A stretch of 64,000 nt of DNA from a virus: the IMG/VR virus record IMGVR_UViG_2751185817_000001. One strand, written 5' to 3'. Within the stretch, counting starts at the first letter, position 1. Each line of letters starts with the position of its first letter. Positions 9,951 through 19,980 of the stretch are shown here, piece by piece. The position numbers and the translations under genes are program-made. The notes below the pieces were generated by a model. It had not been told where the DNA came from and searched no databases. It worked only from the letters and a program-made list of their open reading frames with translations.

Positions 9951-10524
9951 TAGCAAGAAAGCCCTCGAGACAGCGATCGGTAAGGTCGCAAGGGCTTATG
10001 CTGATCTGATCAAGGTGGCTGAGAAGCACGGCGACGATATCAGCAAGGAAGACTACGAAAAGGCTCGTTTCTTCCTGGGTTCAACTCTCGATCAAATCTG
10101 GCAGAAGGTCGACATCGTGCGCTCGATCGCAAAGGCAACGACCGGTGAGTTTTCGCTCGATAGCGTTGAGGTGCCGCTTGATCTGAAGGTTTCGTGGTAT
10201 GCAAACTTCCCCGACCCTATTCGCCCACACTCGACGCTGAACGGCCGACCCGATCCGGCAGCTCGCCTTCAACCGCATGAGACCGTCATCGAGGGTGGCG
10301 CAGTGCCGATTGGCACGCAGATCGTAATGCAGCCGCGTATCGTCGTTCCGCCCGGCACCCCTATCGATGCCTCGCAGATGGACGGCAAGTCCCTGGCGCG
10401 GGCAATTGGCGGTCGTCTTTCGAAGGCCGCTCAGCGCGAAGCTCCACGTCCAGAGCAGTCAGTCAATAATGATTTAGGCGGCGAGGACGGTAGCGACGAC
10501 GACATTGATTTTATCGACGAGTAA
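9940..10524 (+). CDS. hypothetical protein with acidic tail
   Basis: GGAGG RBS, ATG 9940; ends DDDIDFIDE. Confidence 0.7.
   Translation: MSDDSKKALETAIGKVARAYADLIKVAEKHGDDISKEDYEKARFFLGSTLDQIWQKVDIVRSIAKATTGEFSLDSVEVPLDLKVSWYANFPDPIRPHSTLNGRPDPAARLQPHETVIEGGAVPIGTQIVMQPRIVVPPGTPIDASQMDGKSLARAIGGRLSKAAQREAPRPEQSVNNDLGGEDGSDDDIDFIDE
10456..10475 (+). promoter_or_regulatory. operator-like motif upstream of recA, within a coding 3' end
   Basis: cagtcagtcaataatgattt. Confidence 0.6.
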
Positions 10525-10539
10525 CCAAGGAGACTGAAA

Positions 10540-11643
10540 ATGGCATCAGCAGCAGATATCGCAAAGAGCCTCGCCGGCGCGATCGGAGCCAACGACGAGG
10601 AAGTGACTGTCTCGCAGTTCCTCCCCTCGGGGTTCCCGCCTCTCGACCACGCATCCAATTCGAGCTGGGATCTCGGCGCCTTCCCGGTCGGCCGCATGAT
10701 TGAGATCGCCGGCCCTCCCTCCTCCGGCAAGACCGCGCTCGCAACGGCAGGCATGGCCGGCGCACAGAAGATGGGCGGAATCGCAGGCTTCATGGATCAT
10801 GAACGCTCATTCTCACTGCGCCTGGCGCCGCGCCTCGGCCTCGACACCACGCCTGGTCGGTTCATCTTCAAGACGCCGAAGACCTTCGAGGAAAGCCTTC
10901 AGATTTGCGTCGTCGCGGCCAATCACGTTCGCAAGAACAAGTTGATCGCGAAGGATGCTCCGATTTGCTGGGTGTTCGACAGTCTGGCTGCGATGGTGCC
11001 GCAGTCGGCTTACTACGAAATGAAGGCGGGTAAGGTCGTCGGTGTAAAGTCGCTCGAGGACCGCAACATGAACGACAATACGGCGCTCGCGCGTGCGACG
11101 TCGAACGCCTTCCCGGCCTTCGCTCAACACTGCGAGGATCTCGGCATCTGCGCCATCTTCCTCAACCAGATGCGCACCGACCTTAACGTCAAGTTCGGCG
11201 ATCCGCGCAAGACGACCGGTGGTAACGCGCCCGAGTTCTACTTCTCGCAGCGCCTCTGGCTGTCGGCATCGCAGATCAAGAAGGGCACCGACATTATCGG
11301 CATGGAAGTGACCGGCAAATACAAGAAGAACAAGATTGCGCGTCCGTTCCAGGAGGCGAGCTGGCGCTTCGAGTTCCAGGAAGACGGCACTGGCAAGTTC
11401 AACCGCTTCCGCTCGCTGATCGAGTTTCTCGAGGGGCTCGACCTGATCAAGAAGGGCAAGCAGACCGGCACGGTCGAATGGGATGGCAAGACCTACCCGA
11501 AGGCCACGCTCTCCAACACCCTCGAGGCCGAAGGTGACAAGGGCTTTGCCAAGCTGACGGCATTGCTGCCGGCGAACTACGAGCCGCCTGTTGTCGCCGA
11601 GATCGACGCTGAGATCGACGAGGACGCGGCTATCGCGGCGTAA
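10540..11643 (+). CDS. recA: RecA/UvsX recombinase
   Basis: GRMIEIAGPPSSGKT Walker A, VFDSLAA Walker B, IFLNQMR, FGDPRKTTGGNAPEFY. Confidence 0.95.
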   Translation: MASAADIAKSLAGAIGANDEEVTVSQFLPSGFPPLDHASNSSWDLGAFPVGRMIEIAGPPSSGKTALATAGMAGAQKMGGIAGFMDHERSFSLRLAPRLGLDTTPGRFIFKTPKTFEESLQICVVAANHVRKNKLIAKDAPICWVFDSLAAMVPQSAYYEMKAGKVVGVKSLEDRNMNDNTALARATSNAFPAFAQHCEDLGICAIFLNQMRTDLNVKFGDPRKTTGGNAPEFYFSQRLWLSASQIKKGTDIIGMEVTGKYKKNKIARPFQEASWRFEFQEDGTGKFNRFRSLIEFLEGLDLIKKGKQTGTVEWDGKTYPKATLSNTLEAEGDKGFAKLTALLPANYEPPVVAEIDAEIDEDAAIAA

Positions 11644-11719
11644 TTTCGCGATTTAGCGTTTTCGCTAGCGTCTCCGATGAAAATCAGTCTATTCAAGATC
11701 AAATCATCGGAGACGCATC

Positions 11720-12232
11720 ATGAAGGTAATTTCAGTTTGGCAGCCGTGGTCGACACTTCTCGTCTACGGCTACAAAAGGTTTGAGACACGAACCTGGGCG
11801 CCGCCCAAATCAGTGATCGGTCAGCGCATTGGTATCGCTGCGACGAAAAGCGTCCTGTCCAAGCAGGTCGCGGCCTTCAACGATCCGGAGTTCCAGCTTT
11901 TCTGGAACATGCTCGACGAGGATTGGGAGTTTAACACGCTGCCGAAGGGCTATCTCCTCGGCACGGTCATTCTCGATAGCGTCGAACTGATCGATGAGGA
12001 GTTCCTCGACGATATCACCCGCGAAGAGAAGGCATATGGCTGGTATCAGTTGGGCGGTTACGCCTGGCGCATGCGTGAGCCGGAACGCCTCGAGCACCCG
12101 ATCCCGATCCGCGGCGCGCAAGGTCTTTACGAATGGAAGGGCTTTGAGAATGGCGCGCAAGCAGAAGGTGTCGACAACAGTCGTCCGGCGCGGTCGTCGG
12201 ATATACGGCCACATCTATCACTTTGCGAATAG
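11720..12232 (+). CDS. ASCH domain protein
   Basis: ISVWQPWSTLLVYGYKRFETRTW...IGIAA; PIPIRGAQGLYEW. Confidence 0.85.
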   Translation: MKVISVWQPWSTLLVYGYKRFETRTWAPPKSVIGQRIGIAATKSVLSKQVAAFNDPEFQLFWNMLDEDWEFNTLPKGYLLGTVILDSVELIDEEFLDDITREEKAYGWYQLGGYAWRMREPERLEHPIPIRGAQGLYEWKGFENGAQAEGVDNSRPARSSDIRPHLSLCE

Positions 12233-12548
12233 GGACGTTTACCTCGCCGCCCGGAAGATCGACCAGATTTTCCGGTTCGGCGAGAAGAACAATTCGGACG
12301 CGGTTCGAAAAGACCTCGCGGCCTGGGCGCTGGACGAGGAGACCATCACTAACCTGCGCCTGCAAAAGATCGTTTGGGTCGGCGTTCGCGTAAAGCAGAA
12401 CAACGATATCTATATTACCCGGATCGAGAACTTCTTCGACAGGAAGAAGACCAAGCACCTGAATTACGAGCGCCGAGGCGGCGCCGCTCAGCGCTACCTC
12501 CCCTTGCAGTATTTTCACCACATTCCAGGCAGTGTGAGAATTAAGTGA
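12150..12548 (+). CDS. hypothetical protein
   Basis: ATG 12150 overlapping the ASCH gene end; basic N-terminus. Confidence 0.65.
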   Translation: MARKQKVSTTVVRRGRRIYGHIYHFANRDVYLAARKIDQIFRFGEKNNSDAVRKDLAAWALDEETITNLRLQKIVWVGVRVKQNNDIYITRIENFFDRKKTKHLNYERRGGAAQRYLPLQYFHHIPGSVRIK

Positions 12549-12562
12549 GCCAGTATTTGTTG

Positions 12563-12793
12563 ATGAAAAACGAGGCAATCTGTAAGGGTTATCTGGCAAC
12601 TCCTCGAGTAAAAATTGCCGACCAACCCTCAATCGAAAGCACCAATATGTCAAATAAGAATCCACCCGTATCCCGCCCTAACGTAATTACAGAACAAAAG
12701 GGCTATCTGGCGACTCCGAAGATTCAGCCTTCTACCCCCGCGCCGACACAAGGCAGCTCCTCGAGCTCGAGCCCCTCTTCTACCAAGAAATGA
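12563..12793 (+). CDS. small Pro/Ser-rich peptide with two KGYLATP repeats
   Basis: ORF in AT-richer insert; ATG at 12563 or 12647; stop overlaps next start. Confidence 0.45.
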   Translation: MKNEAICKGYLATPRVKIADQPSIESTNMSNKNPPVSRPNVITEQKGYLATPKIQPSTPAPTQGSSSSSSPSSTKK

Positions 12794-13365
12794 ACAATCC
12801 GCTTTGCCTACTAGGCATTCTTTCGGACGAAGCCGTGTGTCAGACCGCTCGAGCATGGCTTCGCCCGGATCAGACCTATTTGGATTTTCTGTCGGGTCTT
12901 GGCTCGATAGGCACATTGGCCGCGCTAGTATTTGCCGGGTTGTCGGTTCGACAGGCGGCGCAGTCTCGGAATTTAACAGCGACCATAGAGCTTTCTCGGC
13001 AAATCACTGCGGAAAGAGACCGCGCCCAATCGCTCAACCTCTTCGGTATGAGCGATCGCGAGTTTCACGCCTTCCAGATGCTCCAATTGGTCGAGCAGGC
13101 CTGCTTTATCGTCAATCACGGCATGATCACAGGCCGCGCATCGGAGTTCATGTGCGACTGGCTTGAGGGCGAAATTCGATCAATCGAAACGCAGGAGATT
13201 TACCGGGCGTTTTTGCGAAATTTGGAGCCGGGACAGCTTACCGAATATGTGAGTTTTCGCAGAAAAAGCTTACATTGGCACAAGGTGCTCGACGCCGATT
13301 TCGGTCCGCAAAAGTCCGCGCTAAAACACGAAATCTCTCATCTAAAAGCTCTCGCGAGTCAGTAA
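12790..13365 (+). CDS. membrane-anchored protein (moron-like, DUF4760-like layout)
   Basis: One TM segment (LSGLGSIGTLAALVFAGL) followed by a helical domain; atypical codon usage. Confidence 0.6.
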   Translation: MNNPLCLLGILSDEAVCQTARAWLRPDQTYLDFLSGLGSIGTLAALVFAGLSVRQAAQSRNLTATIELSRQITAERDRAQSLNLFGMSDREFHAFQMLQLVEQACFIVNHGMITGRASEFMCDWLEGEIRSIETQEIYRAFLRNLEPGQLTEYVSFRRKSLHWHKVLDADFGPQKSALKHEISHLKALASQ

Positions 13366-13424
13366 ATACTGATTGCGTCCCTTCGGCCGATCGTTATAAA
13401 CAAATCAGTCAGTCAATATTGACT
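13359..13424 (+). promoter_or_regulatory. two operator-like motifs
   Basis: tcagtaaatactgattg and tcagtcagtcaatattgact. Confidence 0.75.
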
Positions 13425-13439
13425 TAGGAGACGCAACGA

Positions 13440-13838
13440 ATGACAACGATGAAAACGTTGAACGACGGTAGCGAGATATCGCAAGACGCGTTCGGCTCAA
13501 TCTTCGGCGGTGGGCTGAAGAAGGCACTCGACACGCAGCGCAAGCTCAAGATCGCCGGTGAGGATTTCTTCTTCACCATCCGCGACATGTCGCTACTGCA
13601 GAACGTAATCGACACTCTCGTGACCGAGAGCGCTACCGCGCGCAGCGAAGCCAATCGGCTGATGGAAGAAAACGCCACGCTGAAGGCTCGCGTTCGTTTC
13701 CTCGAGCGCCAGGACAAGCTCAGCCGCGGCAAGCGCCCTGTCGGTCGCCCGCGCAAGTCCGAAACGGACGACGCAAATGTCGTTGCGATGAAGCCCAAGG
13801 TCCGCGTGCAGGCCGGTTCGCATCGGATGGCAGCATGA
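13440..13838 (+). CDS. hypothetical coiled-coil protein with AT-hook-like GRPRK
   Basis: AGGAG RBS; RGKRPVGRPRK. Confidence 0.7.
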   Translation: MTTMKTLNDGSEISQDAFGSIFGGGLKKALDTQRKLKIAGEDFFFTIRDMSLLQNVIDTLVTESATARSEANRLMEENATLKARVRFLERQDKLSRGKRPVGRPRKSETDDANVVAMKPKVRVQAGSHRMAA

Positions 13839-14926
13839 GCTACGTCATCGTTTCCGATATCCACGGCCACAAGTGGTCAACGTTTTCGAACTTCACTGCG
13901 AACGGCGTCAACGGTCGTCTGCAGATCACCCTCGACGAACTGACCCGCGCCGCGCGTTACGCCAAGTCGATCGGCGCGAATTTCATCGTGTGCGCCGGCG
14001 ACGTTCTGCACGTTCGCGGCTCGATCGACCCCGAAGTGCTCAATCCACTCCAGGACACCATCCGCGAGATCCTCGACATGGGTCTCGATATCTACGCCAT
14101 CCCAGGCAATCACGACCTGGCCGGCAAGGATACAACTGCTCTCGGCAATGCGATCAACACGCTGGCTGAGACCAAGAGCGATTACGGCACATTCTACGTT
14201 TACAACGAGCCGCGTGGCGTCACGCGCGACGGGCACAAGATCGGGATGGTTCCATATCGGATGACCATCCCGTTGCTCCTCGCCGATCTGGCCGAGCTGG
14301 CGAAGCATCCGGACAAGGCAGAGATGGACGTCTTCATCCATGCCGGTATCGACGGTGTGCTGTTCGGAACGCCGGATCATGGCCTGACCGGTGAAATGCT
14401 GGCTGACTTCGGCTTCCGCAACGTCTTTGCCGGCGATTATCACAATCACAAGCAGGTTGTGCCTGGCGTCTGGTCGATCGGCGCAACCACGCATCAGCGC
14501 TGGAACGACGTCGGCACCAAGGCGGGTTTCATGTCCGTCATGGATGACGGTGCGGTTTCCTTCCACGCGACCCATGCGCCGCGCTTTGTCGATGTTAGCG
14601 GTCTGGACGAGAGCGACATGGCTCTTGCGGCCGACGGCAACTACGTGCGCTTCTCCGGCCCGGAAATGACCAGCTCCGAGATTGCCGAGCTGCGCAAGTT
14701 CCTCGAGGACTCCGGCGCGCAAGGCGTTGTCATCATGGCGCCGAAGAAGACCGCAGCAACCGCCCGCACCACGTCAGTCAAGGCGGGCACCGTCACTCTC
14801 GATGAGTCCGTTTCCGCCTACGTCGACGATGCGAAGGATATCTCGACGCTGGTCGATCGCGAGCGCCTCAAGCGTGACTGCGCCGACGTGCTCAACGCTG
14901 CCAGGTCGGTGGTCGAAGACGCCTGA
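13835..14926 (+). CDS. SbcD/Mre11-like metallophosphoesterase nuclease
   Basis: SDIH, AGDVLH, PGNHD, FIHAG, GDYHNH motifs; SbcC-like gene downstream. Confidence 0.88.
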   Translation: MSYVIVSDIHGHKWSTFSNFTANGVNGRLQITLDELTRAARYAKSIGANFIVCAGDVLHVRGSIDPEVLNPLQDTIREILDMGLDIYAIPGNHDLAGKDTTALGNAINTLAETKSDYGTFYVYNEPRGVTRDGHKIGMVPYRMTIPLLLADLAELAKHPDKAEMDVFIHAGIDGVLFGTPDHGLTGEMLADFGFRNVFAGDYHNHKQVVPGVWSIGATTHQRWNDVGTKAGFMSVMDDGAVSFHATHAPRFVDVSGLDESDMALAADGNYVRFSGPEMTSSEIAELRKFLEDSGAQGVVIMAPKKTAATARTTSVKAGTVTLDESVSAYVDDAKDISTLVDRERLKRDCADVLNAARSVVEDA

Positions 14927-14990
14927 TAGCAACCCGCTCTTGATACGCTATTCTGTATCAAGTCACTGATTTTATGCAGGAAAACGCATC

Positions 14991-15344
14991 ATGCAGCTTT
15001 ACAGTATCACCTATGACCAGCTCACGTTGATCTCGGTCTTCGACGACAAAGGCAACAGAACCGGCGAGCGCGAGGAGCGCGTGCGCGTCTCGATGCACGA
15101 TCTGCCGCTTCAGACGGCGCAGATGTATCGCGGCAAGATGACCGGTCTGAACTTCGAGATGACCGCGCAGACGGCAGTTTCGAACGAGCAGCCGCGCACC
15201 AGCAAGCGCGATCGCCGAGTGCACGAGGATACGTCTGTGCAGCGCGCAGCGGCTCGTCCCGCGCAACCCACCAAACAACAGCAGATCAACCAGGCTGCCG
15301 CGACCGGCGATATGACTGCTGCCATCAACAACAGGAGCAAGTGA
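14991..15344 (+). CDS. hypothetical protein
   Basis: AGGA RBS; ends AAATGDMTAAINNRSK. Confidence 0.7.
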   Translation: MQLYSITYDQLTLISVFDDKGNRTGEREERVRVSMHDLPLQTAQMYRGKMTGLNFEMTAQTAVSNEQPRTSKRDRRVHEDTSVQRAAARPAQPTKQQQINQAAATGDMTAAINNRSK

Positions 15345-15928
15345 GCGCCATGAAACTGTTCTTTACGGGGTGCACGCACTTCGCGCACGCCAACATTATT
15401 CGCCTGGCGAACCGGCCCTTCGTCAATGTCGATGAAATGAATGAGGCGCTCGTCGAGCGCTGGAACGCGAAGGTCGGCAAGAACGATCGTGTTTACCACC
15501 TTGGCGATGTCGGCTGGAACTCGGTCACGCCCTGGATGGAGCGTCTGAACGGCGAGAAAGTGATCATCACCGGAAATCATGACGATCCCGCTGAGATGCG
15601 GAAGCTCGGCCATTGGTGCGGCGTCAAGGAGATCACGAATTATCTAGAGATCGCGGTTGGTGGCGGGCGCCTTGTGTTGTTCCACTATCCGATTGACGAC
15701 TGGAATGGCCGCTGGAAGGGCTCGATCCATCTGCACTGCCATACGCACTCGCCCAACTTCCGGAACGCGAATCTGCCTCGTGTCGACGACTCGGCTCTGT
15801 CCCTGCCGGATAATTTCCCGCCTGATATTCACTGCAACCGCTTCAACGTCGGTGTTGATGCGAACGGTTTCGAGCCCGTGGCGCTCGAGGAGATCATCGA
15901 CGCGGCCATCAGCAAGGGTGATCGATGA
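15341..15928 (+). CDS. calcineurin-like phosphoesterase
   Basis: GCTHFAH, VYHLGDV, TGNHD, LFHYP, HLHCHTH. Confidence 0.85.
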   Translation: MSAMKLFFTGCTHFAHANIIRLANRPFVNVDEMNEALVERWNAKVGKNDRVYHLGDVGWNSVTPWMERLNGEKVIITGNHDDPAEMRKLGHWCGVKEITNYLEIAVGGGRLVLFHYPIDDWNGRWKGSIHLHCHTHSPNFRNANLPRVDDSALSLPDNFPPDIHCNRFNVGVDANGFEPVALEEIIDAAISKGDR

Positions 15929-16161
15929 GCCAGGCGGTAGTCACCATCAACGAAGAGGCGGATGAAGAACTGTCCGTTTCGCTGGGCGAAATGCTCGATC
16001 GCGAAAAGCTTTGGCAATTCTGCCAGGCCTTCATCGACAAGCAAAATATCCACTGCGCCGAGACGATCTGCCAGACCGATCGCGTGATCGAGAACGCCTA
16101 CGAGTTCATCGATGGCGTCTGCAAGATCGTCGGCTTCAAGAAGGACGAAGACGAAGAATGA
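15925..16161 (+). CDS. hypothetical protein
   Basis: Coupled to neighbours at both ends. Confidence 0.7.
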   Translation: MSQAVVTINEEADEELSVSLGEMLDREKLWQFCQAFIDKQNIHCAETICQTDRVIENAYEFIDGVCKIVGFKKDEDEE

Positions 16162-18104
16162 AATTCACCAAAATCACCATTGAGAACTTCATGGCGATCT
16201 CGCAGGCCGAGTTCGTTCTGAATGACCGCGGTTTGATCCTCATTCAGGGCGTCAACCTGGACGACACAAGCGCCAAGTCGAACGGCGCCGGCAAGTCCTC
16301 GATCTTCGACGCGCTTTGCTGGGCGCTCTATGGCGTGACGGCGCGCAACGAGGCTGGCGACGCCATCATCAACGACAAGGCCGGCAAGGGCACGCGCGTT
16401 GCTGTCGAGATCGTGGATAGCGGCCATATCTACCTGGTCGCGCGCCATCGCAAGCACAAGCAGCACAAGAACGCCTTGATCGTGAATCACCTGCCGGCGA
16501 CGCTCGGCGCCACCTGGGGCGATCTGACGAAGGGCACGGATAAGCTCACGCAGGAAGTCGTCGACAAAGTCCTCGGCTGCTCACTCGACGTGTTTGTCGG
16601 CTCGATCTACGCCGGCCAGGAGCGAATGCCTGATCTTCCCGGCATGACCGACAAGCAGCTCAAGCTCCTGATCGAAGAGGCGTCCGGTGTGACCGTCCTT
16701 GAGGAGGCTTACGGCGAGGCTCGATCGCGCTCGCAGAAGGCCAAGATGGACGCGCAGAGCGTCATCCAAAGCTTCGACACCACCATGAATGGCAGGATCG
16801 CTACTGAGCAAAACCTTCAGATCGCCGAGCAGCAGCACAAGGACTGGGAAGTCGCGCGCATCGACCGTGCCAACACCGAGACGCAGTTCGCTCGAAACTA
16901 CGTCAACCAGGTCAAGGACATTGAGAAGGTGATCCTCAGTCTGCCGACCAAGGCAGAGCTCGAGGTGCGGATCAAGGATCTCGACGATAAGATCGCAGCC
17001 GTCGGTCACGAGCAGCAAGAGCTCGCCGATCTCAATACGTCCGTCGCCCGAAAGGACGCCGAGGCGCGCAGTATGTCCAACGAGCTGTCCCGGCTCGCCA
17101 GTGACTACAGGGTCAAGAAGGATGCGGTCGAGAAGATCGATCACGTCGTCGGCTGCCCCTGTGACGGCTGTGGCCGCGAAATGACGGCAACAGAAGTGGC
17201 GCCGGCGCGCGCGTCTGCCATCAAAGCGGCCAAAGTCGTCGCTGCTGATCACAAGACGCTGAAATCGACGCTCGAAGCGACTCTGGCAGACGCACAGAAG
17301 CTCACAGAAGAGCGGGACGCGTTCAAAGCGTCAATGACAGACGTCTCGCAAGCCACAGCGCTCAGAAGCGATCTACAAGCGAAACTGAACGAGGTGAATC
17401 AGCAGCTTCGCGAAAAGGAAAATACGACCATTCGAGCGCGCCAGCACGCAGAGCGGGCGAAGGCGATCAAGATCGAGACCAATCCGCACGACGCAAGCAT
17501 CGACCGCTTCAAGGCGCAGATCGAGGAGCTCGACCAGCGGATCAAGGATCTGAGCGCCGACAAGGTGAAGTCAGACACGGACGTTGCACACGCCGAAGCA
17601 GTCGTGAAGGTGTTCTCGCCGGCAGGAGTCCGCGCGCACATCATGGATGAGGTGACGCCGTTCCTCAATCAGCGCACGGCGCATTACCTCGGCACGCTCT
17701 CCGACGGCAACATCACTGCGACTTGGTCGACGCTTGTTGCGAACGCCAAGGGCGAGCTGAAGGAGAAGTTCTCGATCGAGGTCGAGAACATGACGGGTGG
17801 TAAGCGGTTCGGGCTGCAGTCGGGTGGTGAGAAGCGCAAGGTCCGGATCGCATGTGCGCTTGCACTGCAGGATCTCGTGGCGACCCGCGCGACAAAGCCG
17901 ATCGAACTCTTCCTCGGCGACGAGATTGACGATGCGCTCGACGAGGCGGGTCTGGAGCGCCTGATGCAGGTGCTCGAGGAGAAGGCCAAGGAGCGCGGCT
18001 CGGTCTTCGTGATCTCCCATAACAGTCTCAGGGATTGGATCCCCCAGGTTATCGAGATCGAGAAACAGAATGGAGAAACGACCGTCAGAGAGGTGGCAGC
18101 GTGA
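16158..18104 (+). CDS. SbcC/Rad50-like ATPase
   Basis: Walker A SNGAGKS, coiled coil with CPCDGC zinc hook, signature LQSGGEK, Walker B LFLGDEIDDALD, FVISH. Confidence 0.93.
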   Translation: MKFTKITIENFMAISQAEFVLNDRGLILIQGVNLDDTSAKSNGAGKSSIFDALCWALYGVTARNEAGDAIINDKAGKGTRVAVEIVDSGHIYLVARHRKHKQHKNALIVNHLPATLGATWGDLTKGTDKLTQEVVDKVLGCSLDVFVGSIYAGQERMPDLPGMTDKQLKLLIEEASGVTVLEEAYGEARSRSQKAKMDAQSVIQSFDTTMNGRIATEQNLQIAEQQHKDWEVARIDRANTETQFARNYVNQVKDIEKVILSLPTKAELEVRIKDLDDKIAAVGHEQQELADLNTSVARKDAEARSMSNELSRLASDYRVKKDAVEKIDHVVGCPCDGCGREMTATEVAPARASAIKAAKVVAADHKTLKSTLEATLADAQKLTEERDAFKASMTDVSQATALRSDLQAKLNEVNQQLREKENTTIRARQHAERAKAIKIETNPHDASIDRFKAQIEELDQRIKDLSADKVKSDTDVAHAEAVVKVFSPAGVRAHIMDEVTPFLNQRTAHYLGTLSDGNITATWSTLVANAKGELKEKFSIEVENMTGGKRFGLQSGGEKRKVRIACALALQDLVATRATKPIELFLGDEIDDALDEAGLERLMQVLEEKAKERGSVFVISHNSLRDWIPQVIEIEKQNGETTVREVAA

Positions 18105-18277
18105 TTGTAGATGACGAGAGGCACCGGATCTCTGTCGTGAAGGTGAAGAAGGGTATTAAAATCAGCCATCCCAATCTGGGGTGGTTTATCCTCGATCAGA
18201 AAAACGCCATTGCCCTTAAAGAGCAGCTTGGTAGCAAGATCGGCATTCCCTTCCGTTTCGAGAGGGAAAAGGCATGA
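18101..18277 (+). CDS. hypothetical protein
   Basis: GTG start overlapping sbcC stop. Confidence 0.55.
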   Translation: MIVDDERHRISVVKVKKGIKISHPNLGWFILDQKNAIALKEQLGSKIGIPFRFEREKA

Positions 18278-19005
18278 GCGAGACGAAACTTCTTGAACTT
18301 GCGCGACTTACCGCGGCCGCGCATGAGGACATGTTCGCTCAGTGCTGCTCCAATCCAATCACGAACGCCTGGGGCGGGCAGGTTAGTGTCGCAAAGCTGA
18401 ACGATGCCGGCGCTCTTGCGAAGAATATCCTGCGTGATCACGCCGACGCCCTATCCACGCCAGCAGTAGACGGCAAGGGCAACCGAGTTCCGCCCGAGGT
18501 CTGGGTGACGCATTGGAACACGGATATGGGGTATCTCCATTTGAACAGCGTCAATGACAAGCCGTGGGACGCAGACTACGACGCTCCTGTCACCAAGCAT
18601 GCCAGCAACACACGCTACGTCCCTGCCGCCCTCTCCTCCCGCTCCGCTGAAGCAGGCAAGCCGGTGGTGACTGCGAACTGCTGCCATTGCGGGCGGATTA
18701 TCGACACGCGGGAAGTTTCGGAAGGTGGAGACGCATTCGGAGCTGAGATGTCCGATGGTCGCTGGACGTGCAGTTTCGAATGTAACGACGCTGTTCTTGG
18801 TCTCGCCGCCCCGGTTGCCGACATTGAGCCGGTGAGCGTGCCGGATGGGTGGCAGTTGGTTCCGAAAGAACCGACCGAGGAAATGGAGTTTGCGGCCTTT
18901 TCAAGTGGCGCAATTGCAGGAGGCAACTCTCCCAAGCGCGCCTACCGCGCCATGCTCGCTGCCGCTCCTCATCCCACCAAGACAGAGGGAGAAGCCAATG
19001 CTTAA
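18274..19005 (+). CDS. hypothetical mosaic phage protein
   Basis: CCHC..C..C cluster; C-terminal VPDGWQLVPKEPTEEM...YRAMLAAAP segment common in phage ORFs. Confidence 0.7.
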   Translation: MSETKLLELARLTAAAHEDMFAQCCSNPITNAWGGQVSVAKLNDAGALAKNILRDHADALSTPAVDGKGNRVPPEVWVTHWNTDMGYLHLNSVNDKPWDADYDAPVTKHASNTRYVPAALSSRSAEAGKPVVTANCCHCGRIIDTREVSEGGDAFGAEMSDGRWTCSFECNDAVLGLAAPVADIEPVSVPDGWQLVPKEPTEEMEFAAFSSGAIAGGNSPKRAYRAMLAAAPHPTKTEGEANA

Positions 19006-19405
19006 GTTGTCGATGGAAAACAAGAACTTCGATCTGCCCGATCTCAACAGCTTTCGGATCGGTGACGAAGTGGTCGTCGATGCCTCTGAAGTCAATGACC
19101 GCTTCGAAGGTGTGATCATCGGTGTCGAGCTGCGGCGCGTATACGCTTCAAGCCATCTACAGCCGTGTATTACCCTTCTACACGACGGCTGTATCACAGA
19201 TGAATTCAAACCCGCTGATGTGCGCAAGATCGCCGCTCAATCCGAGGCGATCGATATCGACGCCCTCGCCTATCGCTTCTGGTCGGTGCATCCCAAGGAA
19301 ATTGACGAGTGGGAGAAGACTGCGCCCAAGATGCCTGAAGACTACAAGGGCGGCATGCGCGCCTGGTTCTTCGCCTGCGAGATGCGCGAGCTGATCTCCA
19401 CGTAA
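18998..19405 (+). CDS. hypothetical protein
   Basis: GGAG RBS, ATG 18998. Confidence 0.65.
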   Translation: MLKLSMENKNFDLPDLNSFRIGDEVVVDASEVNDRFEGVIIGVELRRVYASSHLQPCITLLHDGCITDEFKPADVRKIAAQSEAIDIDALAYRFWSVHPKEIDEWEKTAPKMPEDYKGGMRAWFFACEMRELIST

Positions 19406-19441
19406 AATTTCGCAAACACCAAGCCCGAACTGACTATTTAG

Positions 19442-19462
19442 CAGTCAGTAAAAACTGACTGA
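19442..19462 (+). promoter_or_regulatory. operator-like motif
   Basis: cagtcagtaaaaactgactga. Confidence 0.65.
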
Positions 19463-19472
19463 CGAGGAATGA

Positions 19473-19979
19473 ATGGCAAGCAAGAAAGAGAAACAGACCG
19501 TAACCGAGGAAGAAAAGGCGTTCGCGGAGCGCGCCGGTCGCGTCATCCTCGAGAAGCTGAAGGCGCTCGACGAGGTTTACTCGGTTGAAGGCATGCATAG
19601 TCGCTCGGTCATGAAGATCGAGAATGGAAAGTCCGTCGGCTATCGCACCAAGGCGCTGCAGCCGGAGAGCGACCACCTGATCAACGACTTCTTTGTCGGC
19701 GCCAAGGGGCAGCTCGTCTTCAAGGCGTATCCCGCCGACAGCACCGAATACGAATGGGCTGATGTCGACGAAGCCTCGATGGACAAGGTTTTCCCCCTGG
19801 TCGGCGCGTCCCTGGCAGATGCCCTCGATATTAAGGAATGCGAGGACTTTTCGATGGTCGTGCGCACCGTGAAGGAGCGCCTGGCGCAAGAGGATCTCGA
19901 AGCCGCGGACGCCGCGGCCGAGGAGAAGAAACAGGCCGACAAGGCCTATGAGACCAATCCCAACTTCGGAAGGTTCTGA
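19473..19979 (+). CDS. hypothetical protein ending NPNFGRF
   Basis: GAGG RBS; follows operator at 19442. Confidence 0.75.
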   Translation: MASKKEKQTVTEEEKAFAERAGRVILEKLKALDEVYSVEGMHSRSVMKIENGKSVGYRTKALQPESDHLINDFFVGAKGQLVFKAYPADSTEYEWADVDEASMDKVFPLVGASLADALDIKECEDFSMVVRTVKERLAQEDLEAADAAAEEKKQADKAYETNPNFGRF

Positions 19980-19980
19980 A

